From Octopus bimaculoides (Eukaryota): a DNA stretch of 64,000 nt. Numbering within the stretch: position 1 is the stretch's first letter; every line of letters starts with the position of its first letter. Below the pieces are notes generated by a model, which was not told the origin of the DNA, did no database searches, and saw only the letters and a program-made list of their open reading frames with translations. Shown piece after piece: positions 1-13,567 of the stretch. A program made the translations under genes and the position numbers. Where the stretch lies: NCBI RefSeq assembly GCF_001194135.2, contig NC_068982.1, forward strand, positions 121,338,960-121,402,959, given 5' to 3'.

Positions 1-270
1 ATGTGCGTGTGTGTGTGTGTATATATGTATGTATGTGTGTATATATGTATGTATGTGCATATATATGTATGTGTGTGTATATATATGTATTTGTGTATAT
101 ATATGTATGTATTTGTGTATTTGTATGTATCTGTATATATATGTATGTGTATATATATATGTGTGTGCATATACATGTATATATATGTGTGTGTGTGTAT
201 GTATGTGCGTGTATATATATATGTATATGTGTGTATATGTATGTGTGTATGTATATATATATATATACAT
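1..270. repeat. Compound (TA)n/(TG)n microsatellite
   Basis: Direct inspection. Other pure tracts include (TA)n 2793-2868, (ATT)n 6079-6148, (GA)n 7270-7331, (CT)n 35138-35180 and (AAT)n 43740-43770. Confidence 0.95.
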
Positions 271-825
271 TGTGGTGATGTATTTTCCACCGCCGTTGAT
301 CTTGTTGATGAGCATTCAGTTGTTTGACCAACCGAATTCCCTCTCTTCAAATTAACATGTATGTAGTTGATTATTCTACAGAGACATGCACCGCTAATGT
401 AATTCTGAGGCTAAATCAGTGTAAATCAGTAACAAGGCTGTATTTTTAAATTGCATGTACAGTACAGAATAAAAGTGCAACATAGTGTAAAAGAAAGAAG
501 CATTGACACCCTATTACGAGACTAGTACTTTATCATTGAAAAGATATAAGGTAAATGACCTTGTGCAGTGAGGCAGAAGGAACACTATAAAGCAATAGGC
601 CATGCCCCCCTGTCTGAAACAACTAATTATATAGTTACTTGACATACTAAAAGTAGCAGCTTAATCTCCTTCAACTCATTACCCTACCATCTTAAAAAAG
701 GAAAGAAAGAAAAAAGAAAAAAAAGGAACAAGAAAAAAAGATGATGGCCATGGCTGGAATGCTTTTGATCTTAGGTCAACTAGTATGGGACTAACCTTGG
801 GTTAATCTATGAAATCCAACGTAGT

Positions 826-1497
826 GTTGGATTTCATTTAGCTCACCGAGGCGATGGACTCACCGAGGTGATGACTTCTGACTGAGACCTTTGGAAATAT
901 GCTGTGCGTGAGAAGACCCGGCAAGCCAAGTGAGACCTAAATCGAAGGCTTCAGGCAGCCCACTTATACGTACCTTCCTTCATTGGACACTAAACTCCTC
1001 TTGCGAAGACCTGTTGAGGCAAGTGAAATCGAAATCGAATTAAATTCGATGACTGGCACCCATGCCAACGTCGTCTCCTTCGTTGGAAACGAAACTCGGC
1101 TTGCGAAGACCTATTTGGGCAAGCGAAAGCGAAACCGTCAATGGCACCTGTTATCAGCATCGCCTTCCTGGCACTTGTGCCAGATGGCACGTGTAAAGAC
1201 ATTCGAGCGAGATCGTTGCCAGTGCTGCCGAACTGGCTCCTGTGCAGGTGGCATGTAAAATACACCATTTTGAGCGTGGCCGTTGCCAGTACTGCCTGAC
1301 TGGCCTTCGTGCCGGTGGCACGTAAAAGCACCTACTACACTCTTGAAGTGGTTGGCGTTAGGAAGGGCATCCAGCTGTAGAAACTCTGCCAAATCAGATT
1401 GGAGCCTGATGTAGCCATCTGGTTTCACCAGTCCTCAGTCAAATCGTCCAAGCCATGCTAGCATGGAAAGCGGACGTTAAACGACGATGATGATTAT
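826..1497 (+). mobile_element. 3' end of an RTE-clade LINE (ORF C-terminus, 3'UTR, (GAT)n tail)
   Basis: Degenerate C-terminus ..DLWKYAVREKTRQAK* at about 880-935. Internally repeated 3'UTR, the family motif ggcatccagctgtagaaactctgcc, and the tail gttaaacgacgatgatgat. Confidence 0.7.
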
Positions 1498-2309
1498 ATG
1501 AAAGTTATTTTGCATAACATCTTTGTGAGTAAACATAGCTAAACATAAATGGACAGCTTTGATTTTAAGAATTGTTAAGAAAGTGACCTGCTAGAAATAG
1601 CAACTACATCTACCTAAAGACATACTTTACTGTTAGAGTGTGTATATACACGTGTTTGTGAGTGGTGGAGGAGTAGTTGATTGGCATAGTTTTTTGGTAG
1701 TGTTGGGTAGAATCTGTTGAGATATTTGTTCCAGCCCTGTTCTCTGAGTTCAAATCCAGCCAAGGTCATCTTTGTCTTTCATCCTTTTGAGGAACAATAT
1801 GAAAGAGAACTCCAGTGCTGGTACTGCTCACTCTCCTCTAGCTGTCACATTCTTGATGTTTAGTAGACCAAGGGTGTGTGTCTGCTCATAACCACTTAGG
1901 TACCTAAAACAATTTAGCAAAAATATTATAGGCTACCAAGTCATACTGAGGACATTAGGATGTTTTGAGGGAGATATAGCTACTTTTTCTGCCATATCTA
2001 AATACCATGTTGTGGTACCATCACTGAATCATTCATACAAGATCTTGATTACAATGGATGACTCTGAATTAGATGAAAGAATTTATTTCTCAGTTGGATC
2101 AGAGGATGTGAAAAAAGCAGGTTACATTTAGAAGACTAAGAAATACAATCTGGAACAGGTGGGATATCACCAGTGCCACAAAATTAGTCTGCACTCTACC
2201 TTTATTCTCCCTATTGTAATCTCTACTTCAGAGATATGAACTCTAAAATCCTGTATGTGCAGACTAGAAGTTTTTAAAATATGATGTTTGATGTTTATTC
2301 TTAGGGTAT

Positions 2310-2594
2310 CATGCACCTAAAAGTTCCCTTGCAAGGCACAAGTCTAGGCAAGGTTGCTTATGGAAAGCAACAGTTGTACATACATGCCTGCCCCTGCCTT
2401 TCCAAACTACCAGTGTTATCCAAGGGAAAGGAAAAGGCCAATATAGCTTGGCACCAGTGACATTGCAACTCATTTCTACAGCTATGTGAACAAGAGCAAC
2501 ATGAAATAAAGTGTCTTGCTCAAGAACACAACACACAGCCCAATCTAGGAATCAAACCCACTACCTCATGATTGTGAGCCTGATGCTCTAACCG
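2310..2594 (-). mobile_element. tRNA-head SINE (family D in this report)
   Basis: Reverse complement of gttagagcatcaggctcacaatcatgagg..ttgagcaagacactttatttc. Homologous copies at 25990-26320 (+) and 58055-58356 (-). Confidence 0.75.
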
Positions 2595-2804
2595 CTTTTT
2601 TTTCATACAGGCATAAATACACCCATACATACCTTCATTTCCTTAGGCTGAGGTTGAACTTAGAACCTTTACCTTTATCTCTTTCATAATACGTCAGCAA
2701 GTTGTTAACCATAACACTACCATAACAGAACAGTTGATTTATTGAAGAAAACATTCTTTTGATCTTGCCTTCTGACACAATGCATGCACAGGTATATATA
2801 TATA

Positions 2805-2874
<70 letters not shown>

Positions 2875-5869
2875 TGCACACTTATATATATACCTACACC
2901 CACATACATAAGCACACACACACAAGCATACATACACCAGCTGCTGGCTTATACCCACATACATATATATGCAAACACCTATATATTCTCAGTACAATAG
3001 ACAAACATATCTGTACACACAGACAGATACTGAAACACACACACACACACACACATGCACATATATGCAGTTACAAACGTGTACATACACATTCTCTCAC
3101 ACATACACACACTGTATCAAGTTATGTGTATTATTGTCTGTGTATGTGTGGGAATGTCTTGAGCACACATGCTCACACAGATATACAATTTATCTCTTAC
3201 TTAGACGCACACACACACACACTGTAAATCCTGTTTACCTTGGTCAGTTTTCTACATTGAATATGTAACAGCCTGACTTGAACGACACAAGTTAACACTC
3301 GCACACATTAATATACAGAAAAAGGCACAGATACACCTACAGAATACATGAATATGCAGAAAACGACACACACAACGGATTGTATAATATACACCCCCAA
3401 ACAGATCCAACAACACAGTCCACTACACCAGAGGTATGTGATTATGTGTCTTACAGGAGTGTCTGTCTATTTCTGTTTCTCTCTCTCCCTATCTATCTAT
3501 CTGTCTCTCTGTTTCTCCCTCTTTTTTTCATAGCATTCAAATATTTGCGAATATTTTATAAAGACTGAGTCAGCTATTGACATATCTATCTGTCATTGCT
3601 TCATACAATCATGTGTATATATGTGTGTTTCTGTATGTATATAATTTATATATGTGTGTGCTTACATGGTTGTGAGTAGATATGTATCTATTTCTTTTAC
3701 TCAGAAGGTTTATGCACATAGCTTTCTTAAAATCCTCTTCTTTACTGCTAAGTCTATTGTCTAAAGATTACTAGAAATAGTGTTGTATGATTAATGTTAA
3801 ATTCTAAACTGTTGTTGGTCAGTGGATGAACAAGAAAACAAGAGCAGGGAGGAGACCACTAAGTTTGGGTTGTGGTTTCTGCAGAAGAAGGGTTGGGTAA
3901 ATAAATTCAATACAATGTCTGAGACACTTGTGGCAACCTGTGGTCCACAGGCCACATATGACCTTTCTGAATGGCTTGCCCAATGAAAAAATTACCTTGA
4001 ATTATTTTTTGGTGATGTTGTCCATGCCTAGTCTGTGGCAAATTAGGAATTTTTATTACCTTGTGGTACCTAATTTTACTTCTGTGAAACGAGCCACTTT
4101 TGTATTGTGTTAAGATATAATAACATGAAATAAAAGTATAAACTGCTGCTTGGCAAAACAAGGAAAATGCTGAATATATTGCCAAAGTAATATTTTGTAC
4201 ACCCACATACCTTTCATTGTGTCTCTAGATTACACAATTTCTGGGGAGATCATGTCAAGAAAAACTGGTTTTTATCTATAGAAGCATGTCCAGTGGTGTG
4301 TGTCCAAGAATCAGTTTACATTCATCAGCTAGGTAGGTCATTTATTATGGGTAGGTCATTTATTATGGGTAGGTCAACCAATGATAATTTTGTTAAAGGA
4401 ATTTAATATAATACAGCAACCTAATGAAAATACTCCAACATACAGTTGTGTACTGCATGACCCAGTTGCACTGACTTAGACAATAACTGTTAAATGTCTT
4501 AGTCATAGACACAGTACAGAGAACTATACCAACATACAGAATGCTTGCTTACAGCTAGGTGGACTGAGACCTATGAAAGATTTGCTTGCAGGATACAAAC
4601 TGTTGAACCTTCATTTCATTACTTGGTGCCATATCAATCTGGTTAGTGATAACTTGATAGATAGATGGACAGATGAACGGACATATGCTTTATTGCTAGA
4701 AGTAAGAAAAGCAGTGGTTAAATAAACATCTCTCCTGTGTTTGCAAAAAAAAAAAAAAAGTGTTATTTAATGACAAATCCTCACACACTCATCTACATAC
4801 TGTGTCCTCTCTTTCTATCTACTTATCTATCTATCTGTCCTATCTACCACTGTTACAACTTTTGTTCTTTGTGTTCCACCTCAGTCTAAGCTTACATGTA
4901 AACTACTGCTCTCAACTTATGACTATATTATCTTGTCCACTCCATACTAAACAGCTTCCCATTCCTTTGATATCCAGTGATGCACACCTTTGGAATTCAC
5001 CCATAGGTATCATCCTACAAAGGTCTTAGTGAATATCTTCCCCACCAGCATTGTAGGACCTGCAAAGGTCATGATGATAAGTCCTAATAATTAAGAGAAA
5101 AAGTTAATTGCTCCAAAATAAAAAAAAATCTAATTATGATCAATAGGTGTGTAATACAGTGACTTTCAATAAAACCTGATGTGTTGACTCATCTGTGAGC
5201 CTCAAATGTCCTAAGACCTGACTTAACCTCTTCATATAAAGTCCCTAGGGTCCTCCAAAGTCTACTTCTGCTCTAGGTAACATTCATCATTGTTTCATGA
5301 CCCCTTTGTATGCTAGCATGCATAGAGGTTAGATAGAAATGTGTATGTATCTGTCAGTGTCCTGTCCATGTATTTATTCACCAGGTGATGTTATTTAGAC
5401 ATGACCTGAGCCAACAGTGGTTGGAACCTAAGTTAATGTTAGTCTGTCTGTATCTCCGCCCCAATATCAGTGATATATTTTATTCTGTATTGAGTATGAT
5501 GCTATCCACAGATTTTATCCCTGCTTTGCATTAAATTTGTCAAATTATACATGAGTAAATGCAGTGTGTGTGTATGTGTATGCAGTGAACACAAAAAATA
5601 TAGAAAGGTTCTAAAGCTTGATAAAGAAAGAGAGAGAGAGAGCTCATAAGAATTGCTAAGGAGGCAGTGGGGGTGGGTAGTGAATACTCCCAGTATTCAC
5701 AGAAGTAAAGTAGTTAATAAGGTGCAAGTAATTACTGTATAAAATATGCACGTAGCGTGAAAAGTGTGATTAAAACTCAGAAACCTTTATAAACAGTAAT
5801 CTGCTATCTAGCTTGGCCACACCTTGTCTGAAACAGTATGCACATACACACAAACATACATACTAAGAC

Positions 5870-6097
5870 AGTGAGCTGGAAAAATTGTTAGCATACTGGG
5901 AAAAATGCTTATCAGCATTTTGTCCGTCTTTACGTTCTGAGTTCAAATTCCGGTGAGGTTGACTTTGCCTTTCATCTTTTTGGGATAGATAAAATAAGTA
6001 CCAGTTGAACGCTGGGGTCAGTGTAATTGATTTAGCTCCTCCTTCAAACCTACTGGCCTTGTTCCAAAATTTGAAACTATGATTATTATTATTATTG

Positions 6098-6149
<52 letters not shown>

Positions 6150-6785
6150 GAGGGTGACGAGCTAGCAGAATCTTCAGCACGGTGGGGAAAATTCTTAGTG
6201 ACGTTTCATCCGTGTTTACGTTCTGAGTTAAATTTCTGCGAAGGTCACCTTTGCCTTTCATCTTTCTTTATGGGCTTGATAAAATAAGTACCAGTTGATC
6301 TCTGGAGTTGATGTAGTCAACTTGCCCCCCAAAGTGCTGGTTTCGTGCCAAAATTTGAAATCATTATTATCATTTATGGTTTCCTTTCATTGTAACTTTA
6401 TTTCAGCTGCCTTAGTACCAGGCATCCTCCGGAAGCCAAGAGTAGCAAGGGCACTTTTGGTTTGCTATGCATGCTAAAACTATCACCATATTTCTTCCAT
6501 TTTAGATGTAGACTGCTTTCCGTAGTATATGGGCTCTACCCATCAAGGTTATCTTTTGTATTTCACGGAGATTATTATTATCATTGTTATTATTAAGTTA
6601 TTAAGGCAGTTAGTTGGCAGAATCGTTAACACACTGAAAAAAATGTTGGGCAACATTTCATCTGTCTTTACATTCTGAGCTCAATTTCCACTAAGGTCAC
6701 CTTTGCCTTTCATCTTTTTGGGGTCGATGTAATTGACTTAGTCCCTCCACCGAAGTTGCTGACCTTATGCCAAATTTGAAACCAT
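5870..6785 (+). mobile_element. Three head-to-tail copies of a tRNA-head SINE (family C) separated by (ATT)n tracts
   Basis: Repeated gagctggcagaat..ttctgagttcaaatt..gactttgcctttcatc..aataagtaccag..ccaaaatttgaaac at about 5870-6078, 6150-6365 and 6604-6785. Confidence 0.8.
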
Positions 6786-6954
6786 GCTCAGCATTGATTT
6801 GGAAGACACAAAAGTGGTATGAAAGTGCTATTATGGGAGGCTGCTAACTTCCTCCCTCCAGACATGAAGACCCTAATTGTTCAACCAACTGAATTCCCTC
6901 TTTTAAAATTGACATGTAATTGGTTAAGTATTCCATAGATATATGTACTCTTAA

Positions 6955-7169
6955 CCCTTTAGTATTCAGATTATTCTGTCAAATGTAATGTTTGTTGGTT
7001 TGCATTGTTTTGAATTAATCATGCATTATCTTGTAGTTTAGAGATTTCAATGATGTGATCGTTTAGTTTTAAAATGACATTGTAGGGTTGAGGTGAGAGG
7101 CCAGATCTGGTCAGTTTCAGCATGAAACAGGTTAAATATTTTGATATGATCTGTTTGAATGCTAAAGGG
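6955..7169. mobile_element. piggyBac-like MITE (215 bp) with TTAA target duplication
   Basis: TTAA|CCCTTTAGTATTCA ... TGAATGCTAAAGGG|TTAA (13/14-bp terminal inverted repeats). Degenerate relatives at about 36505-36740 and 35400-35557. Confidence 0.7.
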
Positions 7170-7266
7170 TTAATGCAATTCTTTGGTTGGATCAGAATGA
7201 TTATACCATGTGAGACAGCTGGATTGTTGAAATTCAAATATGATCTGTGAGAAAAATTTACAGACT

Positions 7267-7335
<69 letters not shown>

Positions 7336-7998
7336 TGAGAGAAAAACCCACTCTGGTTTGGATTGGTACTTTATTTATCAACCTCAAAAAGCTGAAGAAA
7401 TGGAGCAAATGCCACAAGGCACTCAGTCTGATGTTGTAGTGACCATTTGCCACCTCATACATAAAGAATACTTGTAGGTAGACTAATGAGTTTATGTTAA
7501 TAAAAGCAAATTAAGCAATAAATAATCATGTGAAGTCTCTGATACATCTCTTTATGAAAATGATAAACCAGCATCAACAATATCAGCATCAACACCAACA
7601 TCATGATCAGCAGCATTATTATTGACTACACCAATATCTATCGTTAGGGTTATGGGAGGTACAGCATCCAATACAATTGGCATTTCTAACCTTCAATTCA
7701 TATTGGACATTCATGCAGAACTAATATAGCAAACACTATGGAGACTTGCCTGGATTGCTGCAGCAATAATTATAGAGGTAAGATGTTGGTTATGTTAATT
7801 GGACGTTACCAAAAGCCTGTACTTAGCATTGCCAAAGACTAACCTACAATTAATGAATTGATCAAACTTTAGTGATTCTTCCTTTCAATAATGTGGGTTT
7901 AGCTAAGTGTATACTAAGTGTCTTAGTATATGTTCCTGTTGTGCAAATTATAGATAAACAGTTAGGCAGATATTTTGAGTACCTAGTGTGATGTGATA

Positions 7999-8044
<46 letters not shown>

Positions 8045-8540
8045 TACATATACACACATATACAAGTTTTAAACATGCAGATGGGCCATGTTCTCAGACT
8101 AGACTTTGAGAACATTCTTTTTTCCTTTTAAGAAAGTTTAATAAGTCATGAATTCATGAATACAGAAAAGTATTATTAATATTGAAGATGTCGCACAGAA
8201 TTCAATATTGTGATGTAGATTGAAGATATTGTGTGTACCGTTTGTTTGTGCTGTCTATCAAATCGCAAGGCCCTCAGGCAGACAGTACTTTACGCAGTAT
8301 GCATGCAGTTCCAAGCAAAGCTGATTTTTGTAATAAATCAAGATTGTAGGTTATTTTCAAAAGTTTCCAGATGCTTCTCCAGGTTGGGTGGTATTGAACC
8401 CAGTGCTGCAATGACAACAAGAACAACCTTTATGTTTGATCTCCTAGCACTGCTTCATCTATTATTAGGCACTTTTGTTTGTCCCTCCTAAAGGTTACTA
8501 TATTCAGCTTTCAGTGCTCTAACACTTTGTCTGTCTTATT

Positions 8541-8738
8541 ATTTACTCTTTTACTCTTTTCAGTCATTTGACTGTGGCCATGCTGGAGCACCACCTTTAG
8601 TCGAGCAAACTGACCCCAGGACTTATTCTTTGTAAGCCTAGAACTTATTCTATCGGTTTCTTTTGCCGAACCGCTAAGTTACTGGGACGTAAACACACCA
8701 GCATTGGTTGTCAAGCGATGTTGGGGGAACAAACACAA

Positions 8739-8837
<99 letters not shown>

Positions 8838-9002
8838 TATACATATATACGACAGACTTCTTTCAGTTTCCGTCTACCAAATCCACTCACAAGGCTTTGG
8901 TCGGCCCGAGGCTATAGTAGAAGATACTTGCCCAAGGTGCCATGCAGTGGGACTGAACCCGGAACCATGTGATTGGTATGCAAGCTACTTACTACACAGC
9001 CA
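8541..9002 (-). mobile_element. tRNA-head SINE with internal microsatellite (family B)
   Basis: Near-complete copy containing (CA)n at 8741-8831. Matches copies at 15481-15890 (-), 22320-22770 (+) and 45897-46310 (+). Confidence 0.85.
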
Positions 9003-9004
9003 AA

Positions 9005-11165
9005 TGCTTTCACTGCACTACTGAGTGAAGCTCTGTGTGCCTTGGGTGTGTGCTGTGGTTTGTTGTGGTGCTCTTATTTTCACTGTATTGGAAGTGTTTT
9101 AAGTAGGATGTGTGCAGTGCCTAGTAGTGCTATTTTCTGTATGTTATATATACTTGTAAGTCCTGGTGTTTTTGTTATGTATTTGTCTGAATGTTTTTTT
9201 TATCATACCTAATGTGCCTTCTATAATAGGAATTGTTTCTGTTTTTAGGTTCCACATTCGAGTTACCAGAACTTTGTATTTTGAAAAGTTTCTCCATTTC
9301 TTTCAGAAGCTCTGTCATCTGTCGAGTAGAAAGCATTTTTTTTCTTGGTAATCTCTGACAACTATATCCAGCCTATTATCCTTGATTTCTCTATCTGTGT
9401 GTATTGGCATATCCCAGAGTATGGTTGCTTTCTCGTTTTCTGAGACCTTTCTGGGGCATGCCTATATCATCTTTTTCTGTTGTTATCCCATAGTGTTGGC
9501 ATAACTCCCAGTGTATATAGGTCCCAACTCTGTTGTGTCTGTGAATATATTCCTTCTTAGCCAGGACTGGGCAGCTAGAAACAATATGATTTATTGTTTC
9601 TTCTCTATCACCACTTATTCTGCAGTTACTTGTATTTCTTTTCATTATGTGTTTCTGGTGACTTCTGGTGGGAAGGTTTTGATCTTGTGCTGTAATTAAA
9701 AATCATTCAGTCTCTGCTTTGAATCCTGAACTTCTCAGCCATTGTTGATATTTTGCTTTGTCTATCTCTTTTCTGTTTAGCTTAACCCAATATTTGGCTT
9801 TTCTTGCCATTGTTTTATCATGATACGTTGCTGTTCCAGTTTTAGTTTGGATTTCAGTTGTTTTACAGCTTTTGTTGTTTTTTCTTTTTCTTCATAATTG
9901 TTAGGTACTATGACTTCTTTTTTGTATTTGTCAGCTTCCATAAAGACTGAAAATGGTTTTTTGTTTTGTTCATGTTTTTGGTTATTTGTATTAGTTTTCC
10001 TTGCTTCTGAAATAGGTATCTCTGTAATCTTATGGTGATTATTTTGTAATAGTTTTCTAGCTGTATAAGGCCTCTACCACCTTTGATACATTGTATATAT
10101 AACCTTTCTGTGTCAGATTTTGGGTGGCGCATCCTAAATCCTGTCATTATTACCTCCACCTTAACGAAGGCAGAGGTATTGTTTTCAGTCGTGTTTGTTT
10201 GTCCATGGACAAGATATCTCAAGAACTGCTAGATGGATTCAGATGAATCTTTCAAGGATGTTTGGCCTCATGACTAGCACAAACTGATTAGATTTTGGGA
10301 TTGATACGGTAATGGACAAAGATTCTGGATTATTTTTCCTGTTTTTTTTTACTTAATTTTTGAGAGTGGTTGGGTTCATTTTTAGTATTCTTGTTTGTGA
10401 GAGCAGTTGAGTTTCTTTCAGATATTCTCATTTTAAAAATCATCTCTGGCTAATTGTTGAGAGGACGTTGGTGTTACCTTGGTAGAAGATTTGTGCTCTC
10501 TGAGTGCTCTTGTTTTTCTTGTTTTCCTGTCTATTTTAATTACTCCATTTAGAGTCCAGTTAAGAATATTGTAACTGTAACTTATAACTGGGACATTTAG
10601 AGATTAATACCTATTATCTTGTTTTTCGCATTAAGCTTCGTTTTCAGTATTAATCTAGCTAGTCTATAGTATTCCTTTCTTATCTTCTCTTTTTATTTGT
10701 GTTGTATCATATCTAGTTCATTGATTCTTAAATATTTGTATGTCTGACTCTGGTCTAATTCTCTTATTTCATTTGCTTTATCTCTTGTGATGTTGTTACT
10801 CTTAACTAGTTTTCCTCTTTTCAAGGCTGCTTTTGCACATTTTTCTAAACCAAATTTCATGTTTATTTCTATGGTAAATCCATGTACTGCCTGTAGTAAC
10901 GTTTCCATCTCTTTATCATTTGTTGCATACACTTTTAGATCATCCACATACAAGAGATGGTTGATTGTTTTGCCATAACAGTTGTATCTACACCCAGTTC
11001 TGTTTAGCATGTCAGATAAAGGTATCAGTGCCAAGCAGAAATGGAATGGAGAGAGCATGTCTCCTAGGAATATTCCTCTTCTAATGGGGATGGCTTTGGT
11101 TAGTCCCTCTTTTGTCTGGAGTTGTAGCTCTTTTTGCCATTCATCTATGGAATGTTTTATATAGT
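9005..11165 (-). mobile_element. 5'-truncated, decayed R4/Dong-clade non-LTR retrotransposon (RT, CCHC knuckle, REL endonuclease)
   Basis: Minus-strand motifs RRGIFLGDMLSP, INHLLYVDDLK, KFGLEKCAK, HPKSDTERLY..GGRGL, ETINHIVSSCPVLAKKEYIHRHNRV, ILWDMPIHTDRE and ..IQKIALLGTAHIL..*. Stops and frameshifts are present. Confidence 0.9.
10150..10513 (+). mobile_element. Non-autonomous Helentron-associated (HINE/DINE-1-like) element inserted in the LINE
   Basis: 5' hairpin acctccaccttaacgaaggcagaggt and 3' palindrome gtgctctctgagtgc. It splits the LINE peptide DRKTRK|IMTGFRMRHPK in a T-run without a long TSD. Confidence 0.6.
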
Positions 11166-11209
11166 TTATCATCATCATCATCATTATCAGCAGCAGCAGC
11201 AGCAGCAGC

Positions 11210-11850
11210 AGGTCGGTGAGCTGGCAGAATCGTTAGCACACTGGGCAAAATGCTTAGCAGTGTTTCATCCACCTTTATGTTCTGAGTTCAAATTCCGCTG
11301 AGGTTGACTTTGCCTTTCATCCTTTTGGGGTCAATGAAATAAGTACCAGTTGAACACTGGGGTTGATGTAATCAACTCATCCCCTCCCACAAGATTGCTG
11401 CCCTTGTGGCAAAATTTGAAACTGGGGTTGATGTAATTGACTTATCCCCCTCCCCCTGGTTGAGAGTCAGGAAAAAGTTTCTTGCAGCATTTGTTCTGTC
11501 ATTTTCTGTTCTGAGTTCAAATTCCATTGAGGTCAACATTGCCTTTCATTTTTCTGTGTTGGACAATAGGTACCAGTTGTATATGAGGGAGGTCGATGTA
11601 ATTGACTTACACCCTTCTAAAATTTCAGGCCTTGTACCTTTAGTAGAACGGATTATTAGAATCATTTGCACACGAGACTTAGTGATATTTCTTCTAAATT
11701 TATGATCTGAGTTCAAATTCCACTTAGGTTGACTTTGCCTTTCATCCTTTTAGGGTTGATCAATTAAGTACCAGTTGAGCACTTAGCTGATATAATTGAC
11801 TTACTTCCTCCCTCAAAATTGCTGGCCTTGTGCCAAATATGAAGCCATTA
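11210..11850 (+). mobile_element. Three tandem family C SINE copies
   Basis: Core ttctgagttcaaattcc..gaggttgactttgcctttcatcc..aagtaccagttg repeated at about 11280, 11510 and 11705, following (ATC)n/(AGC)n. Confidence 0.8.
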
Positions 11851-13567
11851 GTATTTTTTTTTTAATATGACAAAACAAAAAGATATACTTAGATGCTACT
11901 CATTTTATGATGCTTTGTTGCCAGTAACGCCTGACTGGCCTTCGTGCCAGTGGCACGTAAAAGCACTCACTACACAATGTAACATTTTCCAATCAAACAC
12001 AAATTGCACCATTAGCACTGTCCAAGATAGACAATATAATGTGCATGATTCATCTGCATTCTGCTTTTGCTATCTGTACTTTGAAAGAAAACATTACATC
12101 ACTCCTTTGGTACATTTTAGTGAAAGAAAGTTGTACCACAGCTATGACAGAATGTATTGAAGATTGCCGTGTCCAAATTCCTGGATACTAACTTGGAACT
12201 ATGACATTATATATCATCATCCTCTTTCCTGTGTTTGTTGAGTTAGACAAAATTCAGATTTTCTACAGCTGGATGCTCTTCTTTTTACCAATCATCACCT
12301 ATTTCCAAGCAAGGTAATATTTTCCCTAGTCCCTCAAACATGAACAGCACAAGGGCTGGATATGTTCTCATGTGAGACTGTAACCAAATGGTACTGCTTA
12401 TATGATGGTGGCATGTTTACAGTTAATATGCAATGCCAAGACAAGGGACATAAACATACACAGATGCATACAACAGGATTCTGTTGGTTTACATCTACCA
12501 AATCCATTCTCAAGGCTTTGGCTAGCTGATGGCTATAGTATGACACTTGCAAAGTATGACTGAGCCTAAAATCACATGACCTGGAAGTGAACTTCTTAAC
12601 TATACAATCATACTTGTGTATGTATGTATGTGTGCTGTGCTGTACAAGACTCTGTGAATGTGTGTTGAGTACTTCGATATTTTACTTGAAGAAAAAAAAA
12701 AAAAAGAACAGCAGTTATAACTATAGAGATTGAACTAATACAAAGCAAAACATAAAAAAAAAATTATGATAATAGATGACAGAATTTAATTTATTGAAGC
12801 ATAATAGGTTACATCATTTAAACTATATTAATAGTCATAATAGTTATGTCATGTAAATTATATTGAATTTACATGAGATGAATTAATTGAATTTACATGT
12901 CATGAATTAATATTCATGTCAGTTAGGTGTGTTAGTGGTTATAATAATGTCCCTTAATATTAATGACCATAATTGTTGTTGTTATGATTAAGACTGTAAT
13001 AATATTTCAAAATAAAGTGTTAGTAGTTATAATCATTATGTCTTCTAATCTGCATTAATGGACATAACAGTACAACAGTTATGTCCACTAAACTATATTT
13101 ATGGTCATAATTGGTGTTGTCCTTTAAATTGTATTAATGGCTACTTTCTAATTCTTAAATTTCCAAATATTAATTTATCAGATTAAATTTTCAAGGCAGA
13201 TTTTCAACACATGGATTTTACTGAAATACAAGTGAAAATACCTAAAGCTATGTCCATGTCACAAGTCTTCGCAAACTGAACTGAGAATATTTGTTACAAG
13301 ATTACATTCTTATTTAATCAATGAGTTTATCTTAAAAAAAAAAAAAAAATCTGAAGAAACTATTAATAATCACTATTGGCAAAAAACAACTGAAATATTT
13401 GTTAAGAAAAAATTTTTTCAAAAAGATCTGTCAGCACATCAGAGCTCACTTCTTAAGGCATTCAAACTTTATCTTATTTTATAATTTTTGTAGCAAGTAC
13501 TGTTAAGATACATTGCCCAGGAGATACAACAAAATGGTTTTATTGAGATTGGAGCCTTTTTATAATA

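Noticed and set aside
1-355. ORFs of 91-114 aa at the window start and similar ORFs over (TA)n, (CA)n and (GA)n tracts
   Set aside because: They are translations of dinucleotide microsatellites with no splice or composition support.
7719-7777. Possible exon METCLDCCSNNYR ending at a gtaaga donor
   Set aside because: Weak acceptor, no signal-peptide character and no family resemblance; cannot be supported.
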